Shown: positions 33,490 to 55,300 of the stretch, piece by piece
Layout: each line of letters opens with the position of its first letter
Position numbering within the stretch: position 1 is the stretch's first letter
Assembly (NCBI RefSeq): GCF_964204645.1
Contig: NC_134032.1
Span: forward strand, 14,496,275-14,560,274
Direction: 5' to 3'
Origin: Tubulanus polymorphus
Lineage: Eukaryota; Animalia; Nemertea
Length of the DNA stretch: 64,000 nt
Program-made: the position numbers and the translations under genes
The notes under the pieces: model-generated
What the model was told of the DNA's origin: nothing
Seen by the model: the letters and a program-made list of their open reading frames with translations, nothing else
The model's database searches: none

Positions 33490-35192
33490 ATGCCTCGCTA
33501 TTGTTGTGTACCCCTTTGTAAGTCAAGAGTAGGCGGATTTAAGTTCCCTACGAACACAGATTTGAAAATGAAATGGCTTGTTGCGATAAAACGACTACAG
33601 AGTAGCGAGAAATCTGCAAAATTATGGCAGCCATCGGATACAGCTATCGTATGCCATCGACATTTTTTACCAACGGACTATAAACAGACACTTACCGGTA
33701 AATATGGCTTTCCTATTGAGTTTTCCAACTAAGGTGAAATAAGCGGTCAAGATCCAAGGCAGGCTGATTCGTTTAGGCCTCAGCTTGGGCCTATCGATAT
33801 TATGCAATGTCGATGTTTTGAACTTTTTTTAAAAAGCCAGGCGCTTATTTTCATATCATCATAGTAGTTTGTTGATAACAGGATAATGATATAACTCAAT
33901 TATGATAATAACAACAATAGGCCTAATAATTTATGTGGTAGATTTATCTTTTTAATTTAAAGGTTGTTGACTTGACTGGCAGCTGTTGATCTTTGAGTAG
34001 AAATATGTTTTTTTCTTTATGTGTTTCAGGTTCTAGAAGAAAATTAAAAGAGAATGCCATTCCGCGTATATTTGCCTTCACACCACCAGTTTCCTCAGAT
34101 TCAGAGAGAGAAAGTAGAGCCAGTCGGCGAAGATTAAAACTGGAGGAAGAACCTGTACACCATGACATAGCCACTGAAGTTGAAATAGGCCTACAACATA
34201 CCAGCAATTACAGAATGGACATAATAGAGGAACCAACCAATAAAAACACTAACTTGGATAAGAATATTCAGTGTTCCCTCCTTTCAGATCAATTTTTCTG
34301 TATCGAGAGATTTATGGTGGATCCTAGGTCGATCAAATATTACACCAGTTTTAAAGACTATGAACATTTGATGATGTTTTTCAGTGTACTAGGACCTGCT
34401 GCGTACGATTTGAATTACAAATGTCAGAAACTAACACCGGTCAATCAATTTTTCTTGACATTAATCAAATTAAGGCGTGCCAAGGAAGATATAGAACTGA
34501 GTATTCTGTTCGGCATATCAGAGAGTGTAGTTTCTAGGATTGTGTTAACCTGGGTAAACTTCATGTATTTCCAATTAAGTGAAATCAATACATGGCCAGA
34601 GAGAGAAGAGATAGACTGTTTCATGCCCAGTGGCTTTAAGCATCATTTTCCGTCAACCAGAGTTATTTTAGATGCTACAGAGATTCCAATTGAAAAGCCG
34701 TCGAATGTAAAATCTCAAACTGCAACTTTCAGCACATACAAACATAAGAACACGCTTAAAACTATGGTTGGAATATCACCGAGAGGGGTCGTTAGTTATG
34801 TAAGTGAAAGTTATGCGGGTTCAACAAGTGACCGACAAATCATTGAACGATCCCAGCTGTGTTCAAACACCTCAAAATACTTCAGCTCGAATGACAGCAT
34901 CATGGCCGATAGAGGTATAATGGTACAAGATCTTTTTGCTACCAAGAACATTAAGGTGAACACCCCAACTTTATTGAAGGGCAAGAGTCAACTTGAACCT
35001 GAACAAGTAGTTCATGATCGTAGAGTAGCCAGTAAACGCATCCAAGTAGAAAGAGTAATCGGATTGTCAAAAACTTTTCTTATTTTGAAAAAAGACCTGC
35101 CGCTTAGTAAAGTCAATATGGGTTCTAGGATAGTTTATGTTTGTTTCAGTATAAGCAATTTCAGACCAGCTATTGTGAACGAATTTGCTTAA
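33490..35192 (+). CDS. THAP + HTH_Tnp_4 + DDE_Tnp_4 (Harbinger-type) transposase, 2 exons
   Basis: Exon 33490-33697 (MPRYCCVPLC...FP...W...VCHRHF) splices to 34030-35192, which completes the THAP ..ENAIPRIF motif. Catalytic residues ILDATE / MADRG / QVERVIG are intact. Confidence 0.93.
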
Positions 35193-35985
35193 CCTTATTG
35201 TTAATGTCTGTTAATTGATATCTAAAGTATATATTTTTGAGTTTTGTTTTGAGATTCATCGAAACCCCTGCTTTAAAGAAACATCATTGTTTCTCTTAAT
35301 AGATTATTTAGGTAAATCCCAAATTCTTAGATATCAATTATGGGCCTGGACTGTAATTAATTGTCTGTCGTTGATATTCAAAATCTGTGCGCAATATAAC
35401 CTATTTCACTTTGACTTAATCCACTCTTTTGCAGTGTTTTCAATTCAAAGGACAAACTAATTTTCATTCCAGTAACAAACCCTTTTATTGATTTAAAACT
35501 GGTAAAAACCAAAAATACAACAACGCTACATAAAATCTTTTTAAAATGCATGATAACACAGATATTTTATGTAAAATGGAAGAGTTTGAGTTTTGGGACT
35601 AAAGCATTCATGCCATAGTCAGGCGCAGCACATAATGAAATAATAAATAATCATGGTAATGAAATATGGTCAGAAAAGGAGTAAATCATTAATTTTCAAA
35701 CTTTTGACCCACCATCGTCAGTAATTATGCATATAACTACACAACCTGACAAGTATATCTGTTTGAAATAACTATATATGATAAAAAATATTGATAATAG
35801 ATGATAAAAAATATTAAAACTTAAAAGTATCAACAAATAGTAAGCCGATATTGACATGAAATCTATATCATACAATTGGGATGTACATGTATTTACAAAT
35901 TTAGTTGTATGAAGATATTAATGCCAAAAACTATGGAATCTTCGGAAAATATCCGATCTATATCTCCAGGAATAATCTAGATGTT

Positions 35986-38783
35986 TTAGAACGCATGCAT
36001 TGTTAAATACTTTGAATAGTACTTCCTATAAAAGATTTCTAATTTTGGAAGCAGAGATAGTTCACAGTGTTTTTGATCATGATAAACCCTCTCTACATAA
36101 AGGTCCTTATGAGTATAAACAACGAAATAGCACATTTTCCGTTTGCAAATATGCAACTGTCCTTGAATCTGATCATAGTAATTATGCGAACGTTTCAGCT
36201 TCTTATCTTTTGCACTAAGAAACTTGAAGTATGGCCCCGGAGCAATAAGTTCATTTCTACCGCGATACGGACATTTCACTTCAACAATGGCATCCTCAGA
36301 CACAAGGCCATCTGGGCTCGCGCCTAGATAATCTATATCTGGCCTCACATGAAGTCCGCAAGGCTGTACTTTAACGGAGAATTTACCTTCAAAAGCCGCT
36401 ATCGCCTTACTTTCGAATGTCTTTCCATGGCAAACAGCAGCATTTCTCAACGGAATATTATCGTGAAGAGATTTACACAATTTGTCGATATTGCGCCTTT
36501 TCGTGAGCGAAACAATTTCACCGAAACGAGATGCAGTTAATCGTAGCTGCCTTTCCTGAAACCATTGACTAGATTCTGCCTGCTTCCTAGTACTCCTTTC
36601 TAGTAATATTGCCTGTGTTTCATTTAACTGAAAAGGCAAAATGGAATATTAATTATAAGCACAGAGGGAAGGATAACATAGGTCACTCTCAGACACGTTG
36701 ATTAAAAACTTACCTTAATAGAGTTTTCCACCCAATATTCAAGCAAAGTTTTTTTCAGATAATCATGGTCAATTGCTGCTGTTTTGATATCGGCTTTCTT
36801 GTACTTATACTTGATGGGTAGGTCTAAAGACGATACAGAGCAGTAATTAAGGACAATTCCCCGGACATAATCCTCGTATCCAGCTGATTTCCGGTATTTC
36901 ACAGGCCTTGGATCCTCCATTGATACCTCGCGTTTCTTTGATTTTGATAGAGGTAAGTCACCAGCCTTGACAGGGGAACCTGTTAAGAAGTGACGGGTAA
37001 ATTTAAACAAGGTCACAGCCGAGCTAAAAATTGAAAACCAAGTACATTATGTAAAACATTGCCATTACATCAGAATTTATAAAAAATAAGATATATAGGG
37101 TACGAATTTGCTGAATGGTGGCGATGTAACCAAACAACTTACCAGTATAAACAGACTTGGGCTTATGGAATGTTTGTAGATTTTCCGTACACGATTTAAG
37201 TATTTCGGGAGCGTTAGGCCCATCTGATGACACAAAATTAGCAAACATCAAAAGTACAGCCGCGACATGCTTACAGGTCCCATTAGGACCCTTACCGGCA
37301 GGGCACTCACAATGGCTGTTTCTGAATTCACCAGTTGTTTGAGACAATGATATCTGGTACGAGTATGAGATCTGCAATGAAATATAAAAATAAACTAATC
37401 AACAATGTTTGCTACATTACAACCTTTTAAGAATACAGTTGTATTGCAGATTTATGTGGATTTAAAGGAGGGAATATTGTGTTATTTTGATGAAATATAA
37501 AACTGGCCTACCTTTTTTTTCATAGCAGCACCAACTAATCCAGTCAGATAAACAATTCCGCTTTTGATGAGAATACTGCAGGCTTGAACACGTTGCGATT
37601 CTATGAGCTGCTGACCCTTCTCAATAGCTTTAATGTCTTTGGTACAGTGGTTGTCCATTGCCATTCTATACGTGAAATATGCAGTTACTGTGTCAATATT
37701 GAATTTTGGCAATACAATCTTATGATCATTTGTAAGCTGTTTGAAACCGCATGTGGGCCATTCCGGAACTGTTTCTTGTGGTAATGTTATGGCCGGTCCC
37801 CTAAAATCGTTGTTACGGCCGTATGCTTCTAATCTGCAATGAACACGAAATAATCATGAAATATAAACATCTAATGTCAAAAATCATTCAATCAACTAAC
37901 AGAAAGTTGACCCAGAGTTGAAATGTTACATCGAAATGATTACTCCAAGCATGGACGTCTATACGTCCATGGTCATACAGATTTGTATTTAACTCAACTG
38001 TGTTGTGGTAAGAAGGTATATAAGTAAGGTATTCAGTTTACCGTCACCTCAAGTTGATCAGGGTTCTGACTATAATTCCAATAACATATAAAAATTCAAT
38101 AGAGACTAGACACAGCAGCAGACATGTCCAATGATTTATGGATACATTGGCAGTAAAATTTGGCATCAGCTTCAATTCATGTTCGATAGATGGCGCCAGT
38201 GGTAACTCAGCTGTTGCGATGGTTAGCTGACAAGGCGTCCTACATCCCGATAATAATCCCTACATTTCAAGATATAAACATTGCCATCTAAACTTCTCAA
38301 GGCAATCATAATATCAAATAGTGATTTAAAAAACGTTTTATCGATGACTTTTATGTGCATTATGTTTATTTTCCGGACATGAAAACCGAAAAATAATGAA
38401 AGATATCGCGGGACGGGACGCGTGGGACCGGCCATAGCCATCCTCGCAGCCCGGGCTGGTGACGGTAAACTTGTACTATACCCTGACCCACAACCCACTG
38501 AGGTTTAGCTTTCATCTCTGGATCTATTAAAACACGTTCATTTCACTTGAGCATAGGTCTAGAATCATCGATGATTTTGGCAAAAAATCACTGTTGATTC
38601 CATGATCATTGCAACATTTTTGCGCAGACTAAACGACTGAACACCATCAACCGCATGGAAATATGATCGACATTTAAATTACCTTTCAATTAGGTTGATT
38701 TTCCTCCCATAGGTTACCGCACCTCGTCGGCTTAACTCTTGTTTCAGCTTCGGTACAGTCCATGACCCGTAATTCTCTGACAT
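35986..38783 (-). CDS. Transposon accessory protein: SAP + SWIM zinc finger + YqaJ (lambda-exonuclease-like) domains, 5 exons
   Basis: Exons 38783-38683, 37833-37512, 37371-37143, 36979-36714 and 36627-35986 are in phase. SAP: WTVPKLKQELSRRGAVTYGRKINLIERL. SWIM: CECPAG..GTCKHVAA. YqaJ: W..ER..RLTASRF..G..FE..LGASPDG..VEVKCP..YYDQIQGQL. Confidence 0.88.
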
Positions 38784-39528
38784 TATTACAATTTAAAAGT
38801 AGGAAATCGAGCGCGGAAGTGAGCGGAAGTCGATACGCGATGGCTACTAACGCACACACGCCACCTGGTGTCCATAGCGACGGCGAGCCCCATTACAGTG
38901 CTTCAAGCTTTAACACGTCGATCGATCGACCACTGCGATCGACCAGTTCGATTGACCAGTTAGATTGACCGCTTCAATCGACATCAGTTCATTTTTTTAT
39001 TTTAATGAAAGAAATTTATATAGATTTGTGCGTTGCTGACCACCGTTCTATATTTAGAGTTAAAACTCTAAACACATAAAACTACAATAATACATTAGTA
39101 GACTATATAACACAGGGCCTGGTTCCGCTATGGGTCCAGCACGGATCCACCTGGATCCACAGTTCCACAGTTGTTGGTAAAGTCTACAGTTGAGACTCCT
39201 GAGTTGAGTAGTCGGAACTGTGAGACCGGGGGTTCGAAGGGGACACATATTTCAGTAATCCATTTATCATATATTTATATATATATTAGCGGAGGAGAGG
39301 GAGAGGGGAGGGAGGTTAAGGAGGAGTGTGAGGTATGGGTTTATATATGTGAACTTTGAGATTGTGTCATCAAGAGGGAAGAGGGAGGTCTAAAAACTAC
39401 GCCCTGTTTTATTTTGGTTGTATATGTAATTAACAGATGAATGTGACCCCGATATTTAATCTAACACGAAACACATTCCCAAATATTTACAGAAATATTC
39501 ACAATAATTATGTTAAGAAAGTCATCAC

Positions 39529-39695
39529 CAGTGTTTTCAATAAGAAATTAACAAGCCAGGTCCCTCTGAAAAACAGTAGGGTCCCATAATATGTCACAGT
39601 CCCTGAAACGAAAGCTGGTTTGAAAAAACTGGCAGGTCCCTTAGAAACGACAGACGGGTCTGGGACCTGGGACCTGGCTCTTATTGAAAACACTG
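39529..39695. mobile_element. hAT-like MITE with 5-bp TSD
   Basis: ATCAC|CAGTGTTTTCAATAAGA...TCTTATTGAAAACACTG|ATCAC. Confidence 0.75.
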
Positions 39696-41008
39696 ATCAC
39701 AAACGGGCGTCCAGTTTTGCGAAGCCCTGATTAATGATGATATTTCAATATTCAATCGCCCACACCAGACAGTTCGGTTCAAGGCCGGTAACTCATATTT
39801 CACCTGTTCCACACGCGAGCATGTCGTATATACTTTAATTACGTGCGGTAAATTTGCATAAATCAGCGTTAGATTTTTAAAAGTGGCGACATTTTCTCAA
39901 TAACGAATCTAAAACAGCCACCACTCGGAATTTACATTTTTCTTGCATTTGAAAATAGCACCATGAGATACATTATTGCAGATTATTTGGACTTAAGGAC
40001 TCAATTCTGCAGTTGAATTTGAGTCTCAAGAGTTTAACATCAGTTCTTTTCCCATGTTTTGATTTGACCTCTCAAGATTCAAATGTTATCCAGTGACTGC
40101 AGAACTGGATTCAGGGCAGTTTGTTCAAAAGATTAATTTGAATTTCTAAAAAGCATTTTCCTGTTTTCAATTGCAATTTGAAGGTTGTTTAATCCTTTCA
40201 GTACAGCTACACCGCAGTGCGGTGTATAAATCGGTGATGGACTTCATTATTAGTAATTAGTTTTTATCTCTATTGAAAGATGGCAGCACCTGTCAAACGT
40301 GACGGAATATTTGTTACTAATGATACACCGCATTGCGGTGTAGGCGCACTAAAGTGGTTAAAAATTTTCAAATTATCTCCTGGAGATAATTTGAAAATTT
40401 TTAACCACTTACCGGTAAGTGCGTCTCCAGCACTTTCGGGTATTAATTAGTCAGCACTGAAAGGGTTTTAAATGGTCTATTAAGGCTATGCAAACTATCG
40501 ATATTTATTAGAGATTAGATTTTTAAAAGTTCTCAAGTGCGTTTATACTGCATACTGCTTGTACAGGACTTGAGAGCATCTATAAGGTCGACCCTCTTAA
40601 TATAACATACATAGCAATTTTTATATTAAAAGAAAACTGATATTTAAACATAGACCTACATGCAACGAGTACCCAATAATATTCATGCTTTGAAAAGTTA
40701 CATATTTTTTAAACTAATTCCAGCGTTAGTGGAACCTTGTATTTGTTTCAAATTTTTTCCCATTCGGAGCTTCAAATACCGTGGTAATGAAAGTGTGACC
40801 CGCTTTTCGAGAGCGATATCCGAAATATCACTCGTATAGCGTCTGAAAAACGGCCAAATCGAAGACAGTTTTGTATTTGATAAGGTTCCGCATTCACGTT
40901 TTAAACTTAATCAATAAACGAAAATAAAATATATATATATATTTTCTATTAACATGTGCATATAGTATATTACAAGATATATATTTATATCATTATATAA
41001 TTATTTAT

Positions 41009-41112
<104 letters not shown>

Positions 41113-41284
41113 ATTTATTTACAATTGTTTCGTAACAACAACAAGAAAAACAATGCGTAACAGAGTATAATCTGTTCTGAAATAAGTCTCCATATCTATG
41201 TTTTAGAGAAGATATCATCATAGTTTTGAAGTACCATGAAATTCCACTATTCCATTACTAATCTACGGGACCTGCTTTCATTAA

Positions 41285-41563
41285 CCCTTTCAGTGCGTCT
41301 ACACCGCAGTGCGGTGTATAAATCAGTGATTGATTTTGCTAGAACATGCTGAACATTGATGTAATTCGTTAATGTTTTCATCTCTAATGAGAGATGGCAG
41401 CACCTGTCAAACACATATAAGTAACTAACGATACATCGCGCCGCAGTGTAGACACACTATAGCGGATGCCTGTTATTTGATGCAGTGGCCTGAAATTTTT
41501 CAAACATTTTCTAATTATGTACCGCACTTAATGGTGTTATTGAATTAGTCGGCACTGAAAGGG
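41285..41563. mobile_element. piggyBac-like MITE (other copies ~26912-27162, 40193-40465, 54260-54547, 59045-59324, 59356-59600; fragments at ~6130, 14715, 30588)
   Basis: TTAA|CCCTTTCAGTGC...GCACTGAAAGGG|TTAA. Confidence 0.85.
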
Positions 41564-41921
41564 TTAAACTGAAATTTCAGTTTAGTCGCCGATGGCTATT
41601 TAATGTTTTTGACGGGTGAACTACATAGAAATTTTCAAAATTTCAGTCAGCACTGAAAGGGTTAATGTTTTTGACGAATGAACTACATTGAAATTCGTCG
41701 CTGGTCCAACTGTACAAATTGGTACTCAAAATTGGTACTCAAAAAGAGACGACTTCAGTAGTGTGACGACTGAACCAAATTTTGATAGTATTTCTCACAC
41801 TTTATCCCGAATTTCAGCTTATAAACTTCGTGATGAGAATCGGAGTGGGCGGAGGTACTGTTGATGTGTTGGTCAAACATTTGGCACAAAATTCTGCCGA
41901 TGAATATTTTTATCTACGCAC

Positions 41922-42085
<164 letters not shown>

Positions 42086-43618
42086 TGACTGTCGTAACCG
42101 ACCACCCCGAGTGTTATACCAACGCCTCGAGACCGTCGGAATCAACAGCCGCCCCACTGAAATATTCCTTCCGACGGCCCCGCTCCTGCTGGTAAATATT
42201 GCACTTCTGATATTAAACAACGAGAACCCGTGTCAGGGGCGGATCTAGCCTCAGTTCCTGACTGCTGATCAGTTTTGTATCCAGGCACAATAGGGGGGTC
42301 TGGGCATCCTCCCCCAGAAAATTTAACGCCCTCACGAAGCGATTTGTCTGCATTTCGCTTGCCATTACCACTAAACAATCAGCAGTGCACGAGTTCTAGT
42401 CATTGGCGCAAAAAAATGTTGCTGAAAAACTCCCAAGTTCCGCTGGAGCTGCTGCTTGAGCTTGACCTAGATCCACCCCTTCATTTCACATACATTCAAA
42501 GTTGTAGTGTGTGGATGATACAATAACAGGTTTCGTTACAGTTGCATCACAGTAAGAATGACATAAAACTCAATACACAATCCAGAGGTGGATCCCGGGG
42601 ACACAATCCATGGGCGGGTCCCGGGGACACAATCCAGGGGTGGATCTCTGGGACACAATCCATGGGCGGGTCCCGGGGACACAATCCAGGGGCGGGTCCT
42701 CGGGCTAATTTTTTCAAAAACCTTGGTCACATCTCATAGGGCACTAGAAAAGGCATTCAAAAAATTTGGTCGACTTGTCCTCGTGTCACAAGTCTCCCCG
42801 AGATCCACCCCTGAAAGGTAGTGAACTACAATTACTCCATAATATTGCAGACCTGACAAATATTATATATATATATATATATATATAAATCCCGCTGGCT
42901 CGTCTTGTCAATCATTAAAGCATCAAGTTGATAAATGATATAAATTACGTAATAGAAGAATTCATGCGTCGTCGTGGATCGCGTCGAGTTTAATTTCGGA
43001 ACTAAAGATTTATTCACAGTTCCCTGAGCAGGAGCAGGAGTGCTCTCATTATTATTTTTACACAAAGATGCATATTTTTTTTTCAACTGACTTCATCCCG
43101 AACGACGACGAACGGCTGCTTTATCCACTTATACAGGACCCGCATTCCACAGTTGTGAGTTCAGATTTGACTCAAGAGTAAACTCATTAAAAATGAACTG
43201 ATTTCAACTCAACTCATTAAAAATGAACAGAGTTAACTGATTTCAACTCAACTCATTAAAAATGAACTGATTTCAACTCAACTCATTAAAAATGAACTGA
43301 TTTCAACTCAACTCATTAAAAATGAACTGATTTCAACTCGAAGAGTTAACTCTTAACTCATAACTGTCGAAGAAGATCCGATCCCGGAAGCTGGACCCGA
43401 TACTGTAGTTGATGTTACAGCGATTTTATCCGCCATTTTTCCTCCAAATTTCCGCTGCCATCTATGATGTAATTGATGGAATGCAATCCGAGTCCTGAGA
43501 GCTGATGTATCTATTGCGGGAAGACAATCGCCATAGTAACCATTTAACGATTGTCATCGTTACCATTCAACGGTCGTCGTAGTAACCATTCGATAAATCT
43601 GGTCGTCATAGTAACTAA

Positions 43619-51403
<7,785 letters not shown>

Positions 51404-52355
51404 GTTCGCTTTTTGCTCTTCTAGTGACGTATCAATGTTCCATCAATGTGATCCCGCTGGTCACGCCCCGGTCAAACTGTCCTAAACGCCGAAATTCGCC
51501 TCGTAAAAAACAGCTGATCGCTACCGGTTTCTTCCATCTGTCAAAAGCCGGTTTGTTTTGTTTTGCAAGAAGGCGTGTTCCTTGGCAAGCGCTCAATTGT
51601 AGCACGTGATGTTTGTTTTGGTCTCCTGATTAGTCGAGCCGCGATTAACTCCGCCCCTCGAACCCGGCGCTCTGGTACACGTCAATCATCACAGTGTTTA
51701 CAAATATTCCAAATCCTAAATAATCGAAATCTAGCGTACGATTCTCTGGTTTCTTTACGCGGTCGCTATCTTGACTCACCCGAATTTGTACCCGACGCGA
51801 GGTGAATTTCACCCGATTTGAATTTCGTAATTTTTTCGACGGATAACTGTTTTTGTGTCACTAGGAACAGGCTGTCAATCAATCTGATAAAATGGTGTTT
51901 ACAATCGTTCTGACCTTCAGCCATGCTCCCTCCGAAACCTGAGATGAATATCCGATTCCTAACTATTTGGAGCCCTTAACCTAAATATTTCGCTCGTTCA
52001 TTAGCTGATCTAACAGTTTGGAATATAACCTAAAATTCAATTGCGCATTCTTTGCCCTATTTTCTGAATATTGGGTTGATTTATGACCGGTACCCCGAGT
52101 CCATGGAAGAGCTTTTTGAAGGCCATCGTTCAACCGTGATAACCTTGGATACTTTCATTTCAAAAATCGCGATAATTCCCTGATTTTGGTTGCAGTCAAT
52201 TATTCTGACTTCGTTTGACTTAAACTCGGTCTCGGTTGGGGTTAAAACGAACTTGATTTGAAAATTCAGGGTAATAAAGTCAGATCGAATTGAATTGATT
52301 CCCATGATGCAGCATTCAATATGGTAGCGCCCGTGCGAATCCGAAATAATGAAAT

Positions 52356-55300
52356 ATGAAATTTCACGATATTTTTCCACTATTTTTGTTCATTTGTGAT
52401 TATCTAAACGCGTGTCGAGGTGTTGAATACGATGCAGAAGGTGCGTATGATAGCATACAGCCATTCAAATCAGTTTTTAACAGTCTTTCTCAAGGTGTTT
52501 TTATCGTTTGAATCGGTGTAAACAGTAGTAAGAGTAATGACGTGTCCCTCAAAGTTTGACAATCAAATTCAAATTTAGTATATTCAACGTGAAAATTTGA
52601 TTCAAATTGAGTTAAGAGTTAACCATACTATTACAATTGATTATGAATGCAGTGTTGAATGAATATCCCTTAGCCTTAGGCCTAAGCCATTAAATATCCT
52701 CTTTTTGATGCTGTCATTTCTTATTTAGTTGGTCAAAATATCTAAGAAGGATATCTGAATCTGACATTATGATTATTGTGGTGACATTATGGTTGAAATC
52801 TCAGGGGCTTGGCGCAAAAAGATTTAAACCCCAGTGGATGCTACGTTTTTAGGATTTATCTAACGGTTTTAACTTACCTTTGGGCCTCAGACCTGAAATA
52901 TCATTTTCAATGTCGAAAAATGCAGTCTACAATACAACACAAAATTTTAGATAAAATTTTGATTAAAAACTTTAACTGTTAATATTGTCGATTTGTTTTA
53001 GATCATTTGTTGTGTCGTCATTGCGGTCATGAGGTTACGAAGGCCCTGGATTTAACCCACAACCCTAGTCCACGAGCGATACATCAACGCAATGATACAA
53101 TCATTAATATACCCGGAATTCTCATACAGAGATTCAGAAATCCTCACGGTAAGCTGCAATCTGTCAATCACTCAATCGAGCTTGATTGGCTCCTCCCCTT
53201 TTAGAATCTCCGCTAGCATTTACCCAAACCTTCATTAAAGTCACTATACCAATGAACAATCTACAAAATATCGATGATTTTCTTAAGTTTCGAAATTTAT
53301 CTAAATCGGGTAAAAGTGCAGATCCGCACCTCTCGTGATTGACGCAATCTGCTGAATGACAGAATCCAGGCTAAAATCTCTATACTCTCTCTAGTGAAGA
53401 TATCTTAAAATTAGCCAATGGCAATGTACTGAATTGCTGATGACATTTTGAATCTGAAACAATGATATTTAATGTAATTGATTGAACTGTTTACGCGGAG
53501 AGGTGCAGATCTGCATTTTAACCCTAAATCGCTATCTTAACCTCTTCTCTACCATTAGTGACGTATATTTACATCGCAAATAATGACCTTCTCTCACCGT
53601 ATTTTTACATTGCAAATATTATGTGTTTTCAATTGCTGGTGTCGACGTGAGTCATTATGCCACTGGTGTGTCGCCCTACTATTTAACCCGCCTGTTTCAA
53701 TTTAGTTCCAATTTTTACACATAGATGGAGGATTAGTACCTCTAATACCGAATTGATTTGAATTGAATGATGCCATTGAGTTCGAATCCTGGTGAGGGAC
53801 GTTACATTATCTGCGGTAGTGAAGAGGTTAAGACAAGTCTAATCATCAATAATTATGCATCAGTTTATCAGTCATACCATGGTCGGATTCTCTCTAAATC
53901 TTAACATTTTTCAGAGGTTGGAATGTTGTTTCCGTTAAGATAAGGAATGATTTTGAATATAATATTTTTCATCCAGGTTCAGAGTTTGAAGTAATCACAG
54001 CGACTCAGGCAGATATACTGAAAGTCGATAAGGTAATTAATCGGTATAGATTCCTCTTTGAGATCGTTTGATATATTTGATCTATTATTGTTTGTGAATT
54101 TCAGGCCTATGCAATGGATTCTTGGTTTCCTGGTTTCACGTGGCAGATTGTTGTTTGTCCTCGTTGTGGGTTCCACCTCGGCTGGTGAGTGACGCAGATT
54201 TTATAAAATAGAATCATTTCTGATTTCAACCGGGAATGTATTTCACAAACTCTATAATTCTTCCAGCGCGTCTACGCTGCACTTGTCTTATAAATCGTGA
54301 TGGGATTCGCTAGTTCACATGGCAGTGTATTGATGATATTAGTAATCAGTTTTTATCCCTATTGAAAGAGCAGCACCTGTCACACACGGTTAGATACTAG
54401 TAATTAATGATACGCCGCACTGCGGTGTAGACGCAACAAAGTGCTATGCCTGTTATTCAATACACGTCTTAGGGGTGGGAATTTTTTTTAATTTTAAAAT
54501 TATCCCCACCACTTTAGGGTATCAATTAGGCGGCACTGAAGATGTTAAACTCTTGAATGTGTAACCACTTGGGATTAGAATTGGGTCGTCTCTGTTTCAG
54601 GTTGTTTCAGCCGTTGTATGGCGGGGAACAGCGCAGTTTCATCGGTCTCATTCTCGATAAACTATTACACAACACATGTAAGTATGTTACTTGTGCATGT
54701 TTGACCTATTTAAACACATGTTTGACCTATTTAAACACCCGTTTGATATATTATACATGTACTGCCATATTCAACTTTTTGTGCAGTGTCACTTGGTGGC
54801 CACTTAGATACCTGGAATTCAAGGAAAATTCAGGGAAATTTGGGAAATTTTGTAAATAAAGACAAAAAGTTCAAAATCAGGGAAATTGCTAGATTCTGCA
54901 TAAAATCAAACAGTTATCGTCTATGTCTTACGTATTTGACTTTGTTAGGTTAATTGATTTGAATTCTTAGCAGATTAAGTGAGGGAAAACAACCTGGACC
55001 CAGTTCCACAGTTCTGAGTTAGCGTTAACTCTGAGTTAAAGTTAGTTCATTTTCAATGAGTTAACTTTGAGTCAAATCTTAACTCAGAACTGTGGAACTG
55101 GACCCAGTATATCAGAGAATAGTCGGAGTAAAAGCAAGTCAAATATAAGTGGCCACTCAGTGTCATTTTCTCTTGCAGAAGTACCTCGTTTTGGGGCAAG
55201 TGCTTCGATGTTTTGTTTTTTCCTCTCATTCATATCGTGTGATGGCTAATAATTTTTGTTTTATCCTAGCTGATTTTTCCAGATGTTATATCATACCGAG

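Larger units (their letters stand above)
33346..38891. mobile_element. ISL2EU (PHIS / PIF-Harbinger-related) autonomous DNA transposon, apparently intact
   Basis: Terminal inverted repeats GGGGCTCGCCG / CGGCGAGCCCC, with imperfect similarity extending about 55 bp. AT duplication on both sides (taAT|...|ATta). Encodes a THAP-HTH-DDE transposase and a YqaJ nuclease in convergent orientation. Confidence 0.92.

Noticed and set aside
35986-36639. YqaJ nuclease as a phage or bacterial horizontal transfer
   Set aside because: It is the last exon of a spliced gene inside an ISL2EU element, where YqaJ is an established component.
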